From: Chiloscyllium plagiosum
Taxonomy: Eukaryota
DNA length: 64,000 bases
Assembly: GCF_004010195.1 (NCBI RefSeq)
Contig: NC_057718.1
Coordinates: 90,687,353-90,751,352 of the forward strand
Direction of reading: 5' to 3'
Part shown: positions 24,393 through 35,280 of the stretch, piece after piece
Position numbering within the stretch: position 1 is the stretch's first letter
Layout of the letters: every line of letters begins with the position of its first letter
Program-made: the position numbers and the translations under genes
Notes under the pieces: generated by a model
Seen by the model: the letters and a program-made list of their open reading frames with translations, nothing else
The model's database searches: none
Told to the model about the DNA's origin: nothing

Positions 24393-25209
24393 CTAATCCT
24401 TCACTGGTTGATGTTTGACACAAGAGAGACCAGCGCATTGGTATAATATATAACAGTCTCCATCCAATATTAGTAGGTTTTTAATGGACACTGCAGAATA
24501 GTGATTGGGTGTGAGGCACTAAGCTGGGATGCTTTATCTCTGTTTAGTTTTGGAGTTGAGCTCAGCATATGGAACCTTCCTGGTTTGGATGTGTCATTAC
24601 CACAGCACATAGGCCTTATCAACTCTGTCAGCACTCCTCTGTCAGGGAGATATGATCTTAAAAAACATGGAGAAGAGTAAGTGATAATTGCAGCCAGCGG
24701 GAGTGTGAAGTGGAGGAAAACAAAATGGTTTTAATAAAACCGATGGTATCTTCTTCGGCCTGCACAGGCAGTGTTTAGAACCTGCCAATGAGCTGGAATA
24801 CCCATCATTTTTTTTCTCTCTTCTTATGTCGTTTGTGCCTTCAGAGTGCTGGTAATTCAAGGAAATAAAATTAAGGAGGCATTGCTTTTGTAATCAAATC
24901 TTCCATAACTCTTCATTGTGTTTATAAATCACTCCGAGTTCATTATCCATTGGGTAATGCAGCAGTGATTTGTACTCTCACTCGTCATGACCAGCTCAAA
25001 AGATTTATTGCTTCTATCTCTCTTTTAATAACGAAAAAGCTAAGACTCAGAAAAAAGGCACGCAATCAAAAATAAACATGAGTGGAGGAGAGGATACAGT
25101 TGCCAACTCTGCTTGGATGTTTGCCTGCACATTTCAAAATATCCCACCCTCAAACGCTGTCCCCAGCCCCTAAACACCATTGATCACCCACAATTGCCAC
25201 CCTTGCCAG

Positions 25210-25392
25210 TCATAGATTCTGTACGGGGGGTGGAAGCAGGCTATTCGGCCCATCAGGTCCCCACTGACCTTTTGAAGAGCATCCCATGACCCCTACCCTA
25301 TCACTGTAACCCTGTTTCCCCCTGGCTAATCCACCAGCCTGCACTTCACTGGAAACTATGGGCAATTTAGCGTGGCCAATCCACCTCACTTT
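25210..25392 (-). mobile_element. HE1 3' half
   Basis: Tail plus ctatgggcaatttagcgtggccaatccacct. Confidence 0.75.
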
Positions 25393-25552
25393 GTACAATG
25401 ATTCTTAACTCTCAGCTTTTTAAAGCTAGCTCCCGTGATTTCCCGAACAAATGGTCAAAGGAACTGAGAGGAAAAAGTGCTACATTGATGAATGCCCTGA
25501 GGGCTTTTCTACTGAGTGCGACCATGGAGATTACCTTCTGTTTTGGAGCATT

Positions 25553-26060
25553 ATCATAGAATCCCTACAGTGTGGAAACAGGCCCTTCGGCCCAACAAGT
25601 CCACACCAACCCTCCGAACAGCAACCCACCCAGACCCACTCCTCCACCCTATTATCTTATATTGACCCCTGAATAATGCACCTAACCTACACATCCCTGA
25701 AAACTACAGGCAATTTAGCCTGGCCAATCCACCTGACCTGCACACCTTTGGATTGCGGGAGGAAACTGGAGCACCCAGAGGAAACCCACGCAGACACGGG
25801 GAGAATGTGCAAACTCCACAGTCGCCCGAGGCTGGAATCGAACCCAGGTCCCTTTGCTCCTGTCTCAGCTCATCTGCTCTTGAAGCTCTCACACATGCCT
25901 TCATTAGCTCCAGTCTTCACCATTCCAATATCTTCCTGGTCTGCAGCACTCCACCCTCTGTAAAACTGAGATTATCCAAAACCTTGCTGTCCATCTCATC
26001 TTGTGGATTCCTGGCACGGTGAGGCAGCAGTGCTAACCACTGAGCTACTGTGCCAACCCA
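25553..26060 (-). mobile_element. HE1-type SINE carrying an internal 143-bp L2-derived insert (25854-25996)
   Basis: HE1 sequence breaks at ggtccct and resumes at ggattcctggcacggtgaggcagc. Confidence 0.88.
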
Positions 26061-26094
26061 GGGGTAACCCAAAAGGTTGAGCAACCTTTTCAAA

Positions 26095-26275
26095 CTATTT
26101 CATCCACCAGATGTGGGCATTGCCCAAATCTTATTACCTTTCAGTGACAACTGAGTGCCATCCTCAGCCAGTGCAGAGGGCAGTTAGGAGTCAACCACAT
26201 TGCCCAGGGTCTGGAGTCAGGTGTTGGCCAGACCAGGGAAGGATGGCACTTTCCCTTCCCTAAAGGGCACTGGGC
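26095..26275 (-). mobile_element. SINE family B 3' part
   Basis: gagggcagttaggagtcaaccacattg, gccagaccagggaaggatggca. Confidence 0.75.
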
Positions 26276-26294
26276 AAAGATGATTCAAAGGCTA

Positions 26295-27240
26295 AAGTCA
26301 AGACTGCAGATGCTGGTGATTAGAGTCGAAAGTGTTGTGCTGGAAAAGCACAGCAGGTCAGGCAGCATCCGAGGAACAGGAGAGTCGACGTTTCAGCCAA
26401 AGGCCCTTCATCAAGAATGAGGCTTGTGAGCCAAGAGAGTGGAGAGATAAAGGGAGGAGGGTGGGGCTGGAGGGAAGGGAGCTGAGAGTGCAATAAGTGG
26501 ATGGAGGTGGGGGTAATGGTGATAGGTCGGAAAGGAGGTTGGAGTGGATAGGTAGGAAGGAAGATGGACAGGTAGGACAGTTCATGAGGGCAGTGCCGAG
26601 TTGGAAGTTTGGAACTGGGATAAGGTGGGAGGAGGGGAAATGAGGAAACTGGTGAAGTCGACATTGATGCCATGGGGTTGGAGGGTCCCAAGGGGGAGGA
26701 TGAGGCATTTTTCCTCCAGGCATTGGGTGGTTAGGGAGTGGCGATGTAGGAGGCCCAGAACCTGCAAGTCCTTGGTGGAGTGGGAGGGGCAGTTGAAGTG
26801 TTTGGCCATGGGGCTGTGGGGTTGGTTGATGTGGGTGTCCCAATGATGTTCTCTGAAGCGCTCTGCGAGTAGGTGTCCTGTCTCCCCAGTGTAGAGGAGA
26901 CCACATCGGGAGCAATGGATACAGTAAATGACATGTGTGGAAGTGCAGGTAAAGCTCTGATGGATGTGGAAGGCTCCTTTGGGGCCTTGGATGGAGGTGA
27001 GGGGGGGAGTGCGGGCGCAGGTTTTGCAATTACTGCGGTGGCAGGGGAAGGTGCCAGGACGGCAGGGTGGGTTGGTGGGGAGCCTGGACCTGACAAGGGA
27101 GTCGCGGAGGGATTGGTCTTCACAGAAAGCAGATAGAGTTGAGGAGGGAAATATATCACTGCTGGTGGGGTCTGTTTGTAGGTAGCGGAAATAGCGGAGG
27201 ATGATACAATGTATGCGGAGGTTGGTGGGGTGGAAGTTGA
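26295..27240 (-). mobile_element. Penelope-like retroelement, 5'-truncated: GIY-YIG endonuclease C-terminus plus 3' UTR
   Basis: Hand translation of the minus frame ending at 26582: GTFPCHRSNCKTC..FTCTSTHVIYCIHCSRCGLLYTGETGHLLAERFREH..MAKHFN..LEEKCLI..GTLQPHGINVDF; hammerhead-like motif at 26383-26420. Confidence 0.9.
26383..26420 (-). ncRNA. Minimal type I hammerhead ribozyme-like motif (C3>U variant)
   Basis: attc-TTGATGA-agggc-cttt-ggct-GAAA-cGTC-gact, with palindromic ACGT stem III and a GUC cleavage triplet. Confidence 0.55.
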
Positions 27241-27749
27241 GGTCCGAAGCTCAGTGGTGTCCCAAGCATATGTAGGGAGTTCCTGAACCGGGGGGAATAG
27301 GACAGTATCGAGGTATGTGGAAATGAGTTCAGTTCAAGATATGTGGAGATGAGAGGGGCATTTATTTTTATTTGCCATGAAATAATAAAACCCATACCAG
27401 GTTAAACTGGCTTGTTCAGTTTTACTTCTGATGGAACAGCATCTGCCCCTCATATGGACTCTGGTTCACAATGAACAAGACTTCTTTAAAGTCAATCTGT
27501 ACCTATTGTCATTACTATCCCCCTTTATATCTCTTTAACTGCCTACTTTGCCCCTTCACTCCTTTCCCATTTCCTTTCCACATAAACAGCAACATCACCA
27601 CCTTCCGGGAGATAGGAACAGTCTCAGTTCCTGACAGAGTCATTTCCAGGTGGTGTCTGCACTCCCAGTGTGGATGGGAATGGCATGAAACAGGTCTGTG
27701 AGAGATAGCAGCTGTGGCTTGGGAAAGCAGAGTGGGGGGGGTCTGCATT

Positions 27750-28070
27750 TAGGGCAGCACAGTGGTTAGCACTGCTGCCTCACAGTGCCAGGGACCCGGG
27801 TTTGATTCCAGCCTCGGGCGACTGTCTGTGTGGAGTTTGCACATTCGCCCTGTGTCTGCGTGGGTTTCCTCCGGGTGCTCCAGTTCCCTCCCACAGTCCA
27901 AAAATGTGCAGGTCAGGTGGATTGACTGTGCTAAATTGCTAAATGGGTTAGTCATTGGAAATATGAGGTTATAGGTCAGGAGGGTGGGTGTGGGTGGGAT
28001 GCTGTTTGGAGGGTTGGTGTGGACTCAATGGGTCGAATGGCCTGCTTGCACACTGAAAGGTTTCTGTAAC
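27750..28070 (+). mobile_element. HE1-type SINE
   Basis: HE1 head, body and tail. Confidence 0.9.
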
Positions 28071-28634
28071 AGTGCATAACCATTGTGGACCTTGACCTAT
28101 ATTCAAGCTTTTATCACGATAGCCTGTCTTCAACCAGTCCTTGACCCATCCTACTCCAATCCCCACCATATGAATCCTCCAAGGCTGCTGCCTTCCCACG
28201 CCAAGTGGAACTAGAACAGACATGAATTTTCTCAGCCTGTTGACAACGGGTTGAGAAAGGGTCTTGAATGTGGGCAGAGGGCGGAGTATATTGGTGGGAG
28301 AGGAAGGAAAATGGCAAGACGAGGACATCACGAGGGGAGTCCGATGAAGTTTGCCGTCTGGAGAAGGGTGGCTGTTCATTGATTCACAAAGTGGTCACTC
28401 GAGAGCAATGGGCATTTTGATCACCCAGTGAGGGGAGGGGGAGGACCGCCCAGTGAAAACTGGCACCTCCCGGCAGTTTCCAGGCACCCCGCCAACCCCA
28501 GAAACAATGACCACGTTCCCAGCAACAGCGTCACTACCGCTCATCAATTCCTTTGTTCCCAAGCATGTCAGCAATAGCGTTCAAAATTGTCTCAGCTCAA
28601 TTTTCTAATGGTTCGATTTTATTTCCTCTCCCAG

Positions 28635-28700
28635 GTTTGCTCACTGCGGCACCTTGGAGATTTGATTTTTGTTTGAAAAAACGTAGTTACTTTTTGTTTG
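28635..28700 (+). other. Candidate 66-bp cassette exon (unverified)
   Basis: ttctaat branch-like motif near 28603, attttatttcctctcccag| acceptor, TTG|gtaagc donor; open in phase 1/1 (LLTAAPWRFDFCLKKRSYFLF). Confidence 0.3.
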
Positions 28701-29254
28701 GTAAGCCTATCCGGATTTGCCGGCACCACAGGTGAACTGGAATGTTGCGATTCATGATGGAGCCACTGTTTTAATAAACATTAGACGTGAAACAGTCATC
28801 GTATAAACTATTATGAGCGACAATAAATATAATTGCATTTTATTTTATCGTTTCCAAGCTGTTTAATTTGAGTGGTTTATGACGCTGAGAGAGAGAGAAT
28901 CACTGCAGCAATTCTCAGTCTCTTTGTTCCATTCTTCCCTCAGAAACTGTCTTCAGTTGAAATGTTTGTCTCCTGGACTCAGCCCGCTCACACCCCATTG
29001 CCATTTGATTTCCATCATCATGACTTCCTATCCTCAGTAAATATTAACAAAAGGACTCATGCTATAAATAATGTATGCGCTCAATTGGATCTACAGCACT
29101 TTTGGTCAGTCTTGAGATCACCCAAGGAACAACGCACAGTTAGGTTCTCTCTATTTATTTTTCCTTTCTCTTTAGAGGCGCAGTGAAACCAAAAAGGTGC
29201 AGGGAATGAGGGAGAGATGAATTGAAAATGGTTATGAAGGGGGATGTGAAGCGT

Positions 29255-29985
29255 TCCATCACTTCTGAAGTACTGCGAGCAGTTTTGGTCCCCTTACTTT
29301 AGCAAAGACGGTAGCCATGATGTGGGGGGAGCCGGTGTTGGACGGGCATGGACAAAGTTAAACATCACACAACACCAGGTTATAGTCCAACAGGTGTATT
29401 TGGAGGCACTAGCTTTCGGAGCGCCGTTCCTTCTTCAGGTAGCTATAACCTGGTGTTGTTTGATTTTTAACTGTAGCAAAGATATTATTTCATTGGAGGC
29501 AGTTTGGAAGAGGTTCACTAGGATGTCCCCCTGCCCGTGTATGGAGGGATTGTCCTATGAACTAAAAGCCGACCAACGTTGGGAATCTACTCAGTGTAGT
29601 TTCCGAGGAATGAATGGTGATTTCATTGTAACATACAGGTTTCTTAAGGGGCTTGACAAGGTAAATGCTGAGAAGGTTCTTCCCCTCCATGGGAGAGTCT
29701 GGGAACAGAGGGCACAGTCTCAGAATAAAGTGGCACCAATTTAAGATTGTGATAAGGAGGATTTTTTTCTCTCAGTGGTTGAGTGTTTGGAATTCCTTAC
29801 CACAGAGAGATTTGGTGGCAGAGTCCTTGGGTATATTTAAGATTCTTGATGAAGAAGGGGAGTCCAGGATTATGGGGAAAGGGCACGAAAACACACAAGA
29901 AGAATGTCATCTTGTTGAATGGTGGAGTAGACTCAAGGGGCTGAATAGCCTCCTCCTGTTCCTGTTTCTTGTGGTCTTGTATTCT
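29255..29985 (+). mobile_element. CR1 LINE 3' fragment interrupted by a PLE-derived insertion
   Basis: YCEQFWSPYFSKD before and IISLEAVWKRFTRM after the insertion; VWNSLPQR. Confidence 0.85.
29309..29473. mobile_element. Short fold-back PLE-derived insertion with intact hammerhead core nucleotides
   Basis: TSD tagcaaaga at 29300-29308 and 29474-29482; acaacaccaggttatag pairs with ctataacctggtgttgt; minus strand reads ctgaaga-a-ggaac-ggc-gctcc-gaaa at 29438-29414. Confidence 0.75.
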
Positions 29986-30462
29986 TGTAGCCCCTGCAGT
30001 GCCCACCCCTCTCTAAATGCCTTGAGGGCATTGGTTCTTCTGCTATTTTCAGAGTTCTGTTTCTGCCTCGCATGGTTTGTGGTGGAATGCAGCCTTCATC
30101 CCCGATGAATGAGGCACCTTGTGGAGTTGCCGCTCCACCTCCCAGGCACTGGCACCCAGCGACACGCCAACCGGCCTTCCACCCATTCCACGTTGGAAAT
30201 ACATTCTCTGTGCGACGGCTCAAAAGGCCAATAAATAAGTCTTAACCATCAAAAACAAAATGGAGGAGGGAGAAGCTGGATAAAGATTGGCAGTGGGGGA
30301 GAGTTCAGTTCTTTGGGACATGTTTAATTGTACTTACCATTTTAAATGTGTTCCTGGGTATTGAAAGGTTATCAATAATCAATATCTACATCCCTTTCAA
30401 TGTTCAGACAAGGATACAGGTTACCATGTGCCAAGAAAGTGCCAAGGGCTAGCTGGCAGACA

Positions 30463-30760
30463 TAGGGTGGCACGGTGGCTCAGTGGTTAGCACTGCTGCC
30501 TCACTGCGCTAGAGACCTGGGTTCAATTCCCACCTCAGGCAACTGTCTGTGTGGAGTTTGCCCATTCTCCCCATGTCTGCGTGGGTTTCCTCACCTAGTC
30601 CAAAGATGTGCAGGTTAGGTGAATTGGCCATGCTAAATTGCCCGTAGTGTTAGGTGAAGGGGTAAATATAGGTGAATGGATCTGGGTGGGTTGCTCTTCG
30701 AAGGGTCGGTGTGGAGTTGTTGGGCTGAAGGGCCTGTTTCCACACTGTAAGAAATCTAAA
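30463..30760 (+). mobile_element. HE1-type SINE
   Basis: Full HE1 motifs. Confidence 0.9.
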
Positions 30761-30895
30761 AATTTCAGCCAGGAGCAGTCGACTCAAATCAGTTTTCTTT
30801 TGGGGCTCTGTATAGGTCCTCCAACAATTTAGCCGGGGGGAGTGTATTCTTAATGGTGTGAGTTTGTGGGGCTGCAGCAGAGATGTATCCACAAA

Positions 30896-31380
30896 GGGCA
30901 GCACGGTGGCTCAATGGTTAGCACTGCTGCCTCACAGTGCCAGGGACCCAGGTTCAATTCCCACCTCAGACAACTGTCTGTCTGGAGTTTGCACATTCTC
31001 CCCGTGTCTGCGTGGGTTTCGTCTGGGTGGGCAGCACGGTGGCTCAGTGGTTAGCACTGCTGCCTCACAGTGCCAGGGACCCAGGTTCAATTCCCACCTC
31101 AGGCAACTGTCTGTCTGGAGTTTGCACATTCTCCCCGTGTCTGCGTGGGTTTAGTCTGGGTGCTCTGGTTTCCTCCCACAGTCCAAAGATATGCAGGTTA
31201 GGGTGAATCGACCATGCTAAATTGCCCATAGTGTTCAGGGATGTGTAGGTAAGGTGTATTAGTCAGGGGTAAAGGAAGAGTAATAGGTTAGGGAATGGGT
31301 CTAAGTGGGATACTCTTTGGAGGGTTGGCGTGGACTTGTTGGGCTGAAGGGCATGTTTCCATACTGTAGGGATTCCACTC
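30896..31380 (+). mobile_element. HE1-type SINE with a 133-bp tandem duplication of its 5' head
   Basis: 30896-31028 vs 31029-31161, 3 mismatches by hand. Confidence 0.92.
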
Positions 31381-31797
31381 TAAGTCACCAATTGATGGAT
31401 CTCACCTGATTAAGGCCTGCTCCCTCTGAAATGCAGCGTTTCATGGGCTTGTGCAACAGAATGTGAGCTGGTTATGTATATGGCTGGCCCCTAATTTTCC
31501 TGACTCTGTTTTGTGCTTTCATGATGGCAGAGAGTACGTTCCATGGTGTGTCAGTTCAGTGGCTCTTCCTTCCTCGATCAGTGACCGGTGGAGAAGGGGT
31601 TTCTGAATGGGCAGGGAGAGGGAAAGGGGCAGAGTGGCGGACAGAGACTCCATCAATCCTAAACCACATGAGAGCTGGAGCTTTCAACCTTGCGTTACCC
31701 TTCGGGCCCTCTCCTTCGAAATCAGTGAATTGGTGCTGTTTGCTTTTCCACAGGGTTTAAGTGAAATGAATTCACCGTTTTTTTCATTCTTTTGCAG

Positions 31798-31874
31798 CTC
31801 TTCGTGAATTCCCCAATGACATCTTTACAAACGAGGAAAGAAGACATGGGGCTATCGCTCTCCATCTGCTCTGT
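31798..31874 (+). CDS. SLC24A3: Internal coding exon (77 bp, phase 1 to phase 0) of K+-dependent Na+/Ca2+ exchanger NCKX3
   Basis: Polypyrimidine tract and acceptor (ttttttcattcttttgcag|CT) and strong donor (TGT|gtaagt). Translates as (A)LREFPNDIFTNEERRHGAIALHLLC, matching the recalled NCKX3 segment ALHEFPNDIFTNEDRRQGAVVLHVLC just before the first TM block; closer to SLC24A3 than to SLC24A4 (EFPTDLFSNKERQHGAVLLHILG). Not in the ORF track. Confidence 0.92.
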
Positions 31875-31917
31875 GTAAGTCATAGCTTCCTTTTGTCACC
31901 ATCATTCTAATGTTAAA

Positions 31918-32031
31918 GTTTTGGATGGAATCGTCGACTTCTCCACCTCCTGGTGCTGTCTGGCTTGCTGTGTTCTTCCAGCCTCCTGCCTGTCTACCTT
32001 GGATTCCAGCATCTGCAGTCTCTTTGTCTCT
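31918..32031 (+). mobile_element. Short PLE-derived insertion 44 bp downstream of the SLC24A3 exon end
   Basis: 14-bp TSD attcta(a/g)tgttaaa at 31904-31917 and 32032-32045; same family as the right arm at 5235-5332. Confidence 0.75.
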
Positions 32032-33699
32032 ATTCTAGTGTTAAAAGCTGGTGTTGCCCAATGCAAGTATATAGGAGGTGTAAAACAGGTTAGATCCCTT
32101 TGATTGCAAAGGATTATGTTCGCAACTCAGTGACACTTCAACAGGGGGCTAAAAACAAAAGGTTTTGTTGCTGGTGTTTGATCTGGATGGAATCAAAGTT
32201 GACCAAAATGAATGAACCTGCTTTCCATGACTTTCTGAACCAATGATTTTGGATGAGTAACTAAGTTCTTACACTGAAAGTTTCCTCCAAATCTGAAGCT
32301 TTTCCTTGCCAGCAGTTATTCACTTGCAACCTTTGCAAATGTTCAGTTGACAATTTACTGCAATTCAGAGATTTTGGCTCTGAATGTCTGATCCCGCACT
32401 TGGGTGTACAGAGTCGAAAATTCCTGCCTCTGCCATCTAGACTCCAGTGAGCATTCCCCAGACATATGGAGTTCAGTTCCAGGCCAGAGTTGGAATTGGT
32501 CGCCTCGGTGTAGACATCGGAGGCAACCACATGGGGGCAGTAGAGCCGAGACTTGGTCACAGTTGACAGGAAATCTATGAAATAAAAAGGAACAGCCATC
32601 ATCCCTCCTACCCCACACAATCCCCATACCACTTCCTCCTACCACCTCACCACCCTTTAAGGCCCTTTATAGCCTCTTACTTCCAAGTCATACCAACTCA
32701 TGAACCCTCACCCATCACTATTTACCCTTATACCTACTGTGCCAACTCACACATGAACAAACTTTAGAACCTTTGCTGAGATGAAATAATGCAATGTTCT
32801 AAGTGTCCGTTGAGAATTAAATTTTTTGTCTAAAAACATTCATTGATTTAAGAACTCCTTCACTACATTTCACATCCTTCGACTGCTTGATCCATATAAA
32901 AACAAGCATTTGTATTCACCGATCCACTTCAGAGACTTTATAAGTCTTAGAGCTGTCAGTCAAACTGTAAACTGACAGGCAGCCCACTGCGCTAACATTA
33001 GGTTGTGGAATCAGTCATGCTGTATGGATCTTTTTAATGGTAGCCCTCGAATTTATGTGAACAGACTTAACTGGCAAGAAGAGACTTTTTTTAAAACACT
33101 GTAAACCATTTTCTCAAAAGTTTAAAGGCCAGGAGTTTTACATGATTGACACTTTGATTATTCCCATTCAGTGACACTTCCCTTGATGACTTGACATTTT
33201 CTGTGACAGCTTGACAGCTCCAACGAGTTTAAGACTTCGTTTCTCACACATTTGTGTCTACTTTTAACAATCCCAAATGACACCTGAGCTCTCCAAAAGG
33301 GCACTTGACCGCCTTTAAAGGTGTTGCCAGATCTATCCAAAAGGATGTCACACCATGCCAAAAGGGTATTCTACCTTCACAAATAAATCTGTCCGTTGTA
33401 GATCTTCTCTTGGGCAGAGGCAGCATCCTGGGTCCTGTCAGCAACAGTGGAGGCTGCTTCAAAGTGTTTCCTCCTCGGTGCTGGCATCTCAAAACAGTTT
33501 GGTGGCTGCAGAGTCACTTAGGAAATCGAGGAGATGCGGATGGAGCAAGAATGACATTTGTCCTAACTTTATATGATTTATTTCTTTTTATAATTTACAC
33601 AATTAAAATGGCTTCAGCATATGGTAACTTATATATATGTATATATTACTGTATTTACATAGATATGTGGAACAATAAATTATTATTTCTATATCTGGG

Positions 33700-34520
33700 A
33701 GGGTTGTGTGGTTGGAGGTGGCAGATACTGGATGAGACAAGGACATAGAGAGACTTGAATCTGAAGCCTGAGGATTGGAAAGTCAAGCTGATGCAAGGTA
33801 GCAAGTATCGGGGGTGAAAGGGGAATAGGATTTGGTGCGGGTTAACAGATGGGCAGCAGAGTTTTGAATCACCTCGGTTTTACAGAGGGTGGAATGTTGC
33901 AGACCAGGAAGATATTTGAATGGGGAGGACAGGAGCTAACTGAGGCATGCGTGAGGGCTTCAGCAGCAGATGAGCTGATACAGTGGCAAAGGGACCCGGG
34001 TTCGATTCCAGCCTCAGACGACTGTCTGTCTGGAGTTTGCACATTATCCCCTTGTCTACATGAATTTCCTCCGGTTACTCCACTTTCCTCCCACAGTCTA
34101 AAGATGTGCGGGTCAGGTGGATTGGCCATGCTAAATTGCTAATCGCTTATAGTGTTCAGGGATGTGTAGATTCGGTGTATACAGGATAAATATACACCTA
34201 ATATAGGATAATAGGGTAGGGGAATGGGTCTGGGTGGGATACTGTTTGGAGGGTCGGTGTGGACTTGTTGGGCCGAAGGGTCTGTTTCCGCACTGTAAGG
34301 GTCCTATGATTTTATGAAAGTCGGAGGATGTTGTGGAGTTGGAAATAGGCAGTCGGATTGGTAGCGTAAATATGAGGACAGATGCTCACCTTGGGAGCAA
34401 ATGTGGCACTAAGATTGTGAACGGACTGGTTCAATCACAGACTGGGACAAGGGAGAGGGATGGAGTCAGTTGCTTCAGACTGGAGTTTAGAGCAGAGACT
34501 GAAAACTGTGCCTTGGCATC
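33700..34520 (-). mobile_element. Old L2 LINE fragment split by an HE1 SINE
   Basis: Minus-strand translation VHNLSATF..TAYFQLHNILRL, then CHCISSSAAEALTHA, continuous across the SINE; matches the L2 motif AYFHLRNIARLRP.LS..AAETLIHAF. Confidence 0.75.
33990..34315 (+). mobile_element. 5'-truncated HE1-type SINE
   Basis: Begins at agggacccgggttcgattcc (B-box); A-box head absent. Confidence 0.88.
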
Positions 34521-34774
34521 GTACAACCGTGTCTGCTATTTGCAGAATCCTCTTGAAATCTCATCTCATCATTGTTGCTTCGGAGGCCTTTTCAAGAACG
34601 ATTTAAGAGAGAGTCTGGCTGATCAGACCCTTTGAAAGATTACTGCTGAGAGTTGCAGTGAAAGGTAAAATCCTTTCGCTTTAGCTTTCCTGTTGTCTTG
34701 TGAGAAACAGAGAGTTCAGATCATTGGGCGATCAGAGGGACTGGGTCTGAACTTGAGGAAAATTGGATCAATTA

Positions 34775-35280
34775 GAGCATCATACAGTACAGAAACAGAC
34801 CTTTCAGTCCAACTCATCCATGCCAATCAGACATCCCAATCTGACTTAGTCCCATTTGTCAGTACCTAGCCCATATCCCTCTAAACCCTTCCTATTCATG
34901 TACCCATCCAGATGCCTTTTAAATGTTGTAACTGTACCAGCCTCCACCACTTCCTCTGGCAGTTCATCCCATACACGCACCACCCTCTACATGAAAAAGT
35001 TGCCCTTTGGGTCCTTTTTAAATCTTTCCCCTCTCACCTTAAACCTATGCCCTCTAGTTTTAGACTCCCCTCCCAACCGTAGAAAAAAGACCTTGTCTAT
35101 TTATCCTATCCACGCCCCTCATGATTTTATAAACCTCTATAAGGTCACCCCTCAGCCTCCGATCCTGCAGGGGAAACAGCCCCAGCCTATTCAGCCTCTC
35201 CCTATAGCTCAACCCCTCCAACCCCTAGCAACACTTGTAAATCTTTTCAGCACCCTTTCAAGTTTCACAACATCCTCCAT
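34775..35280 (-). mobile_element. HER1/CR1 3' fragment
   Basis: Reverse complement of the 18560-19065 region. Confidence 0.9.

Noticed and set aside
26358..27159. Pro/His-rich 223-aa and 142-aa ORFs
   Set aside because: Alternative frames over the C-rich Penelope sequence; the GIY-YIG motifs are in the third frame.
31798..31874. Assignment to SLC24A4 or SLC24A5
   Set aside because: FPNDIFTNE and the terminal LC fit my recollection of SLC24A3 better; a reciprocal BLAST is still needed.
33305..33748. 147-aa ORF near the exon
   Set aside because: No recognisable homology, AT-rich low-complexity 3' half, and no supporting splice signals.
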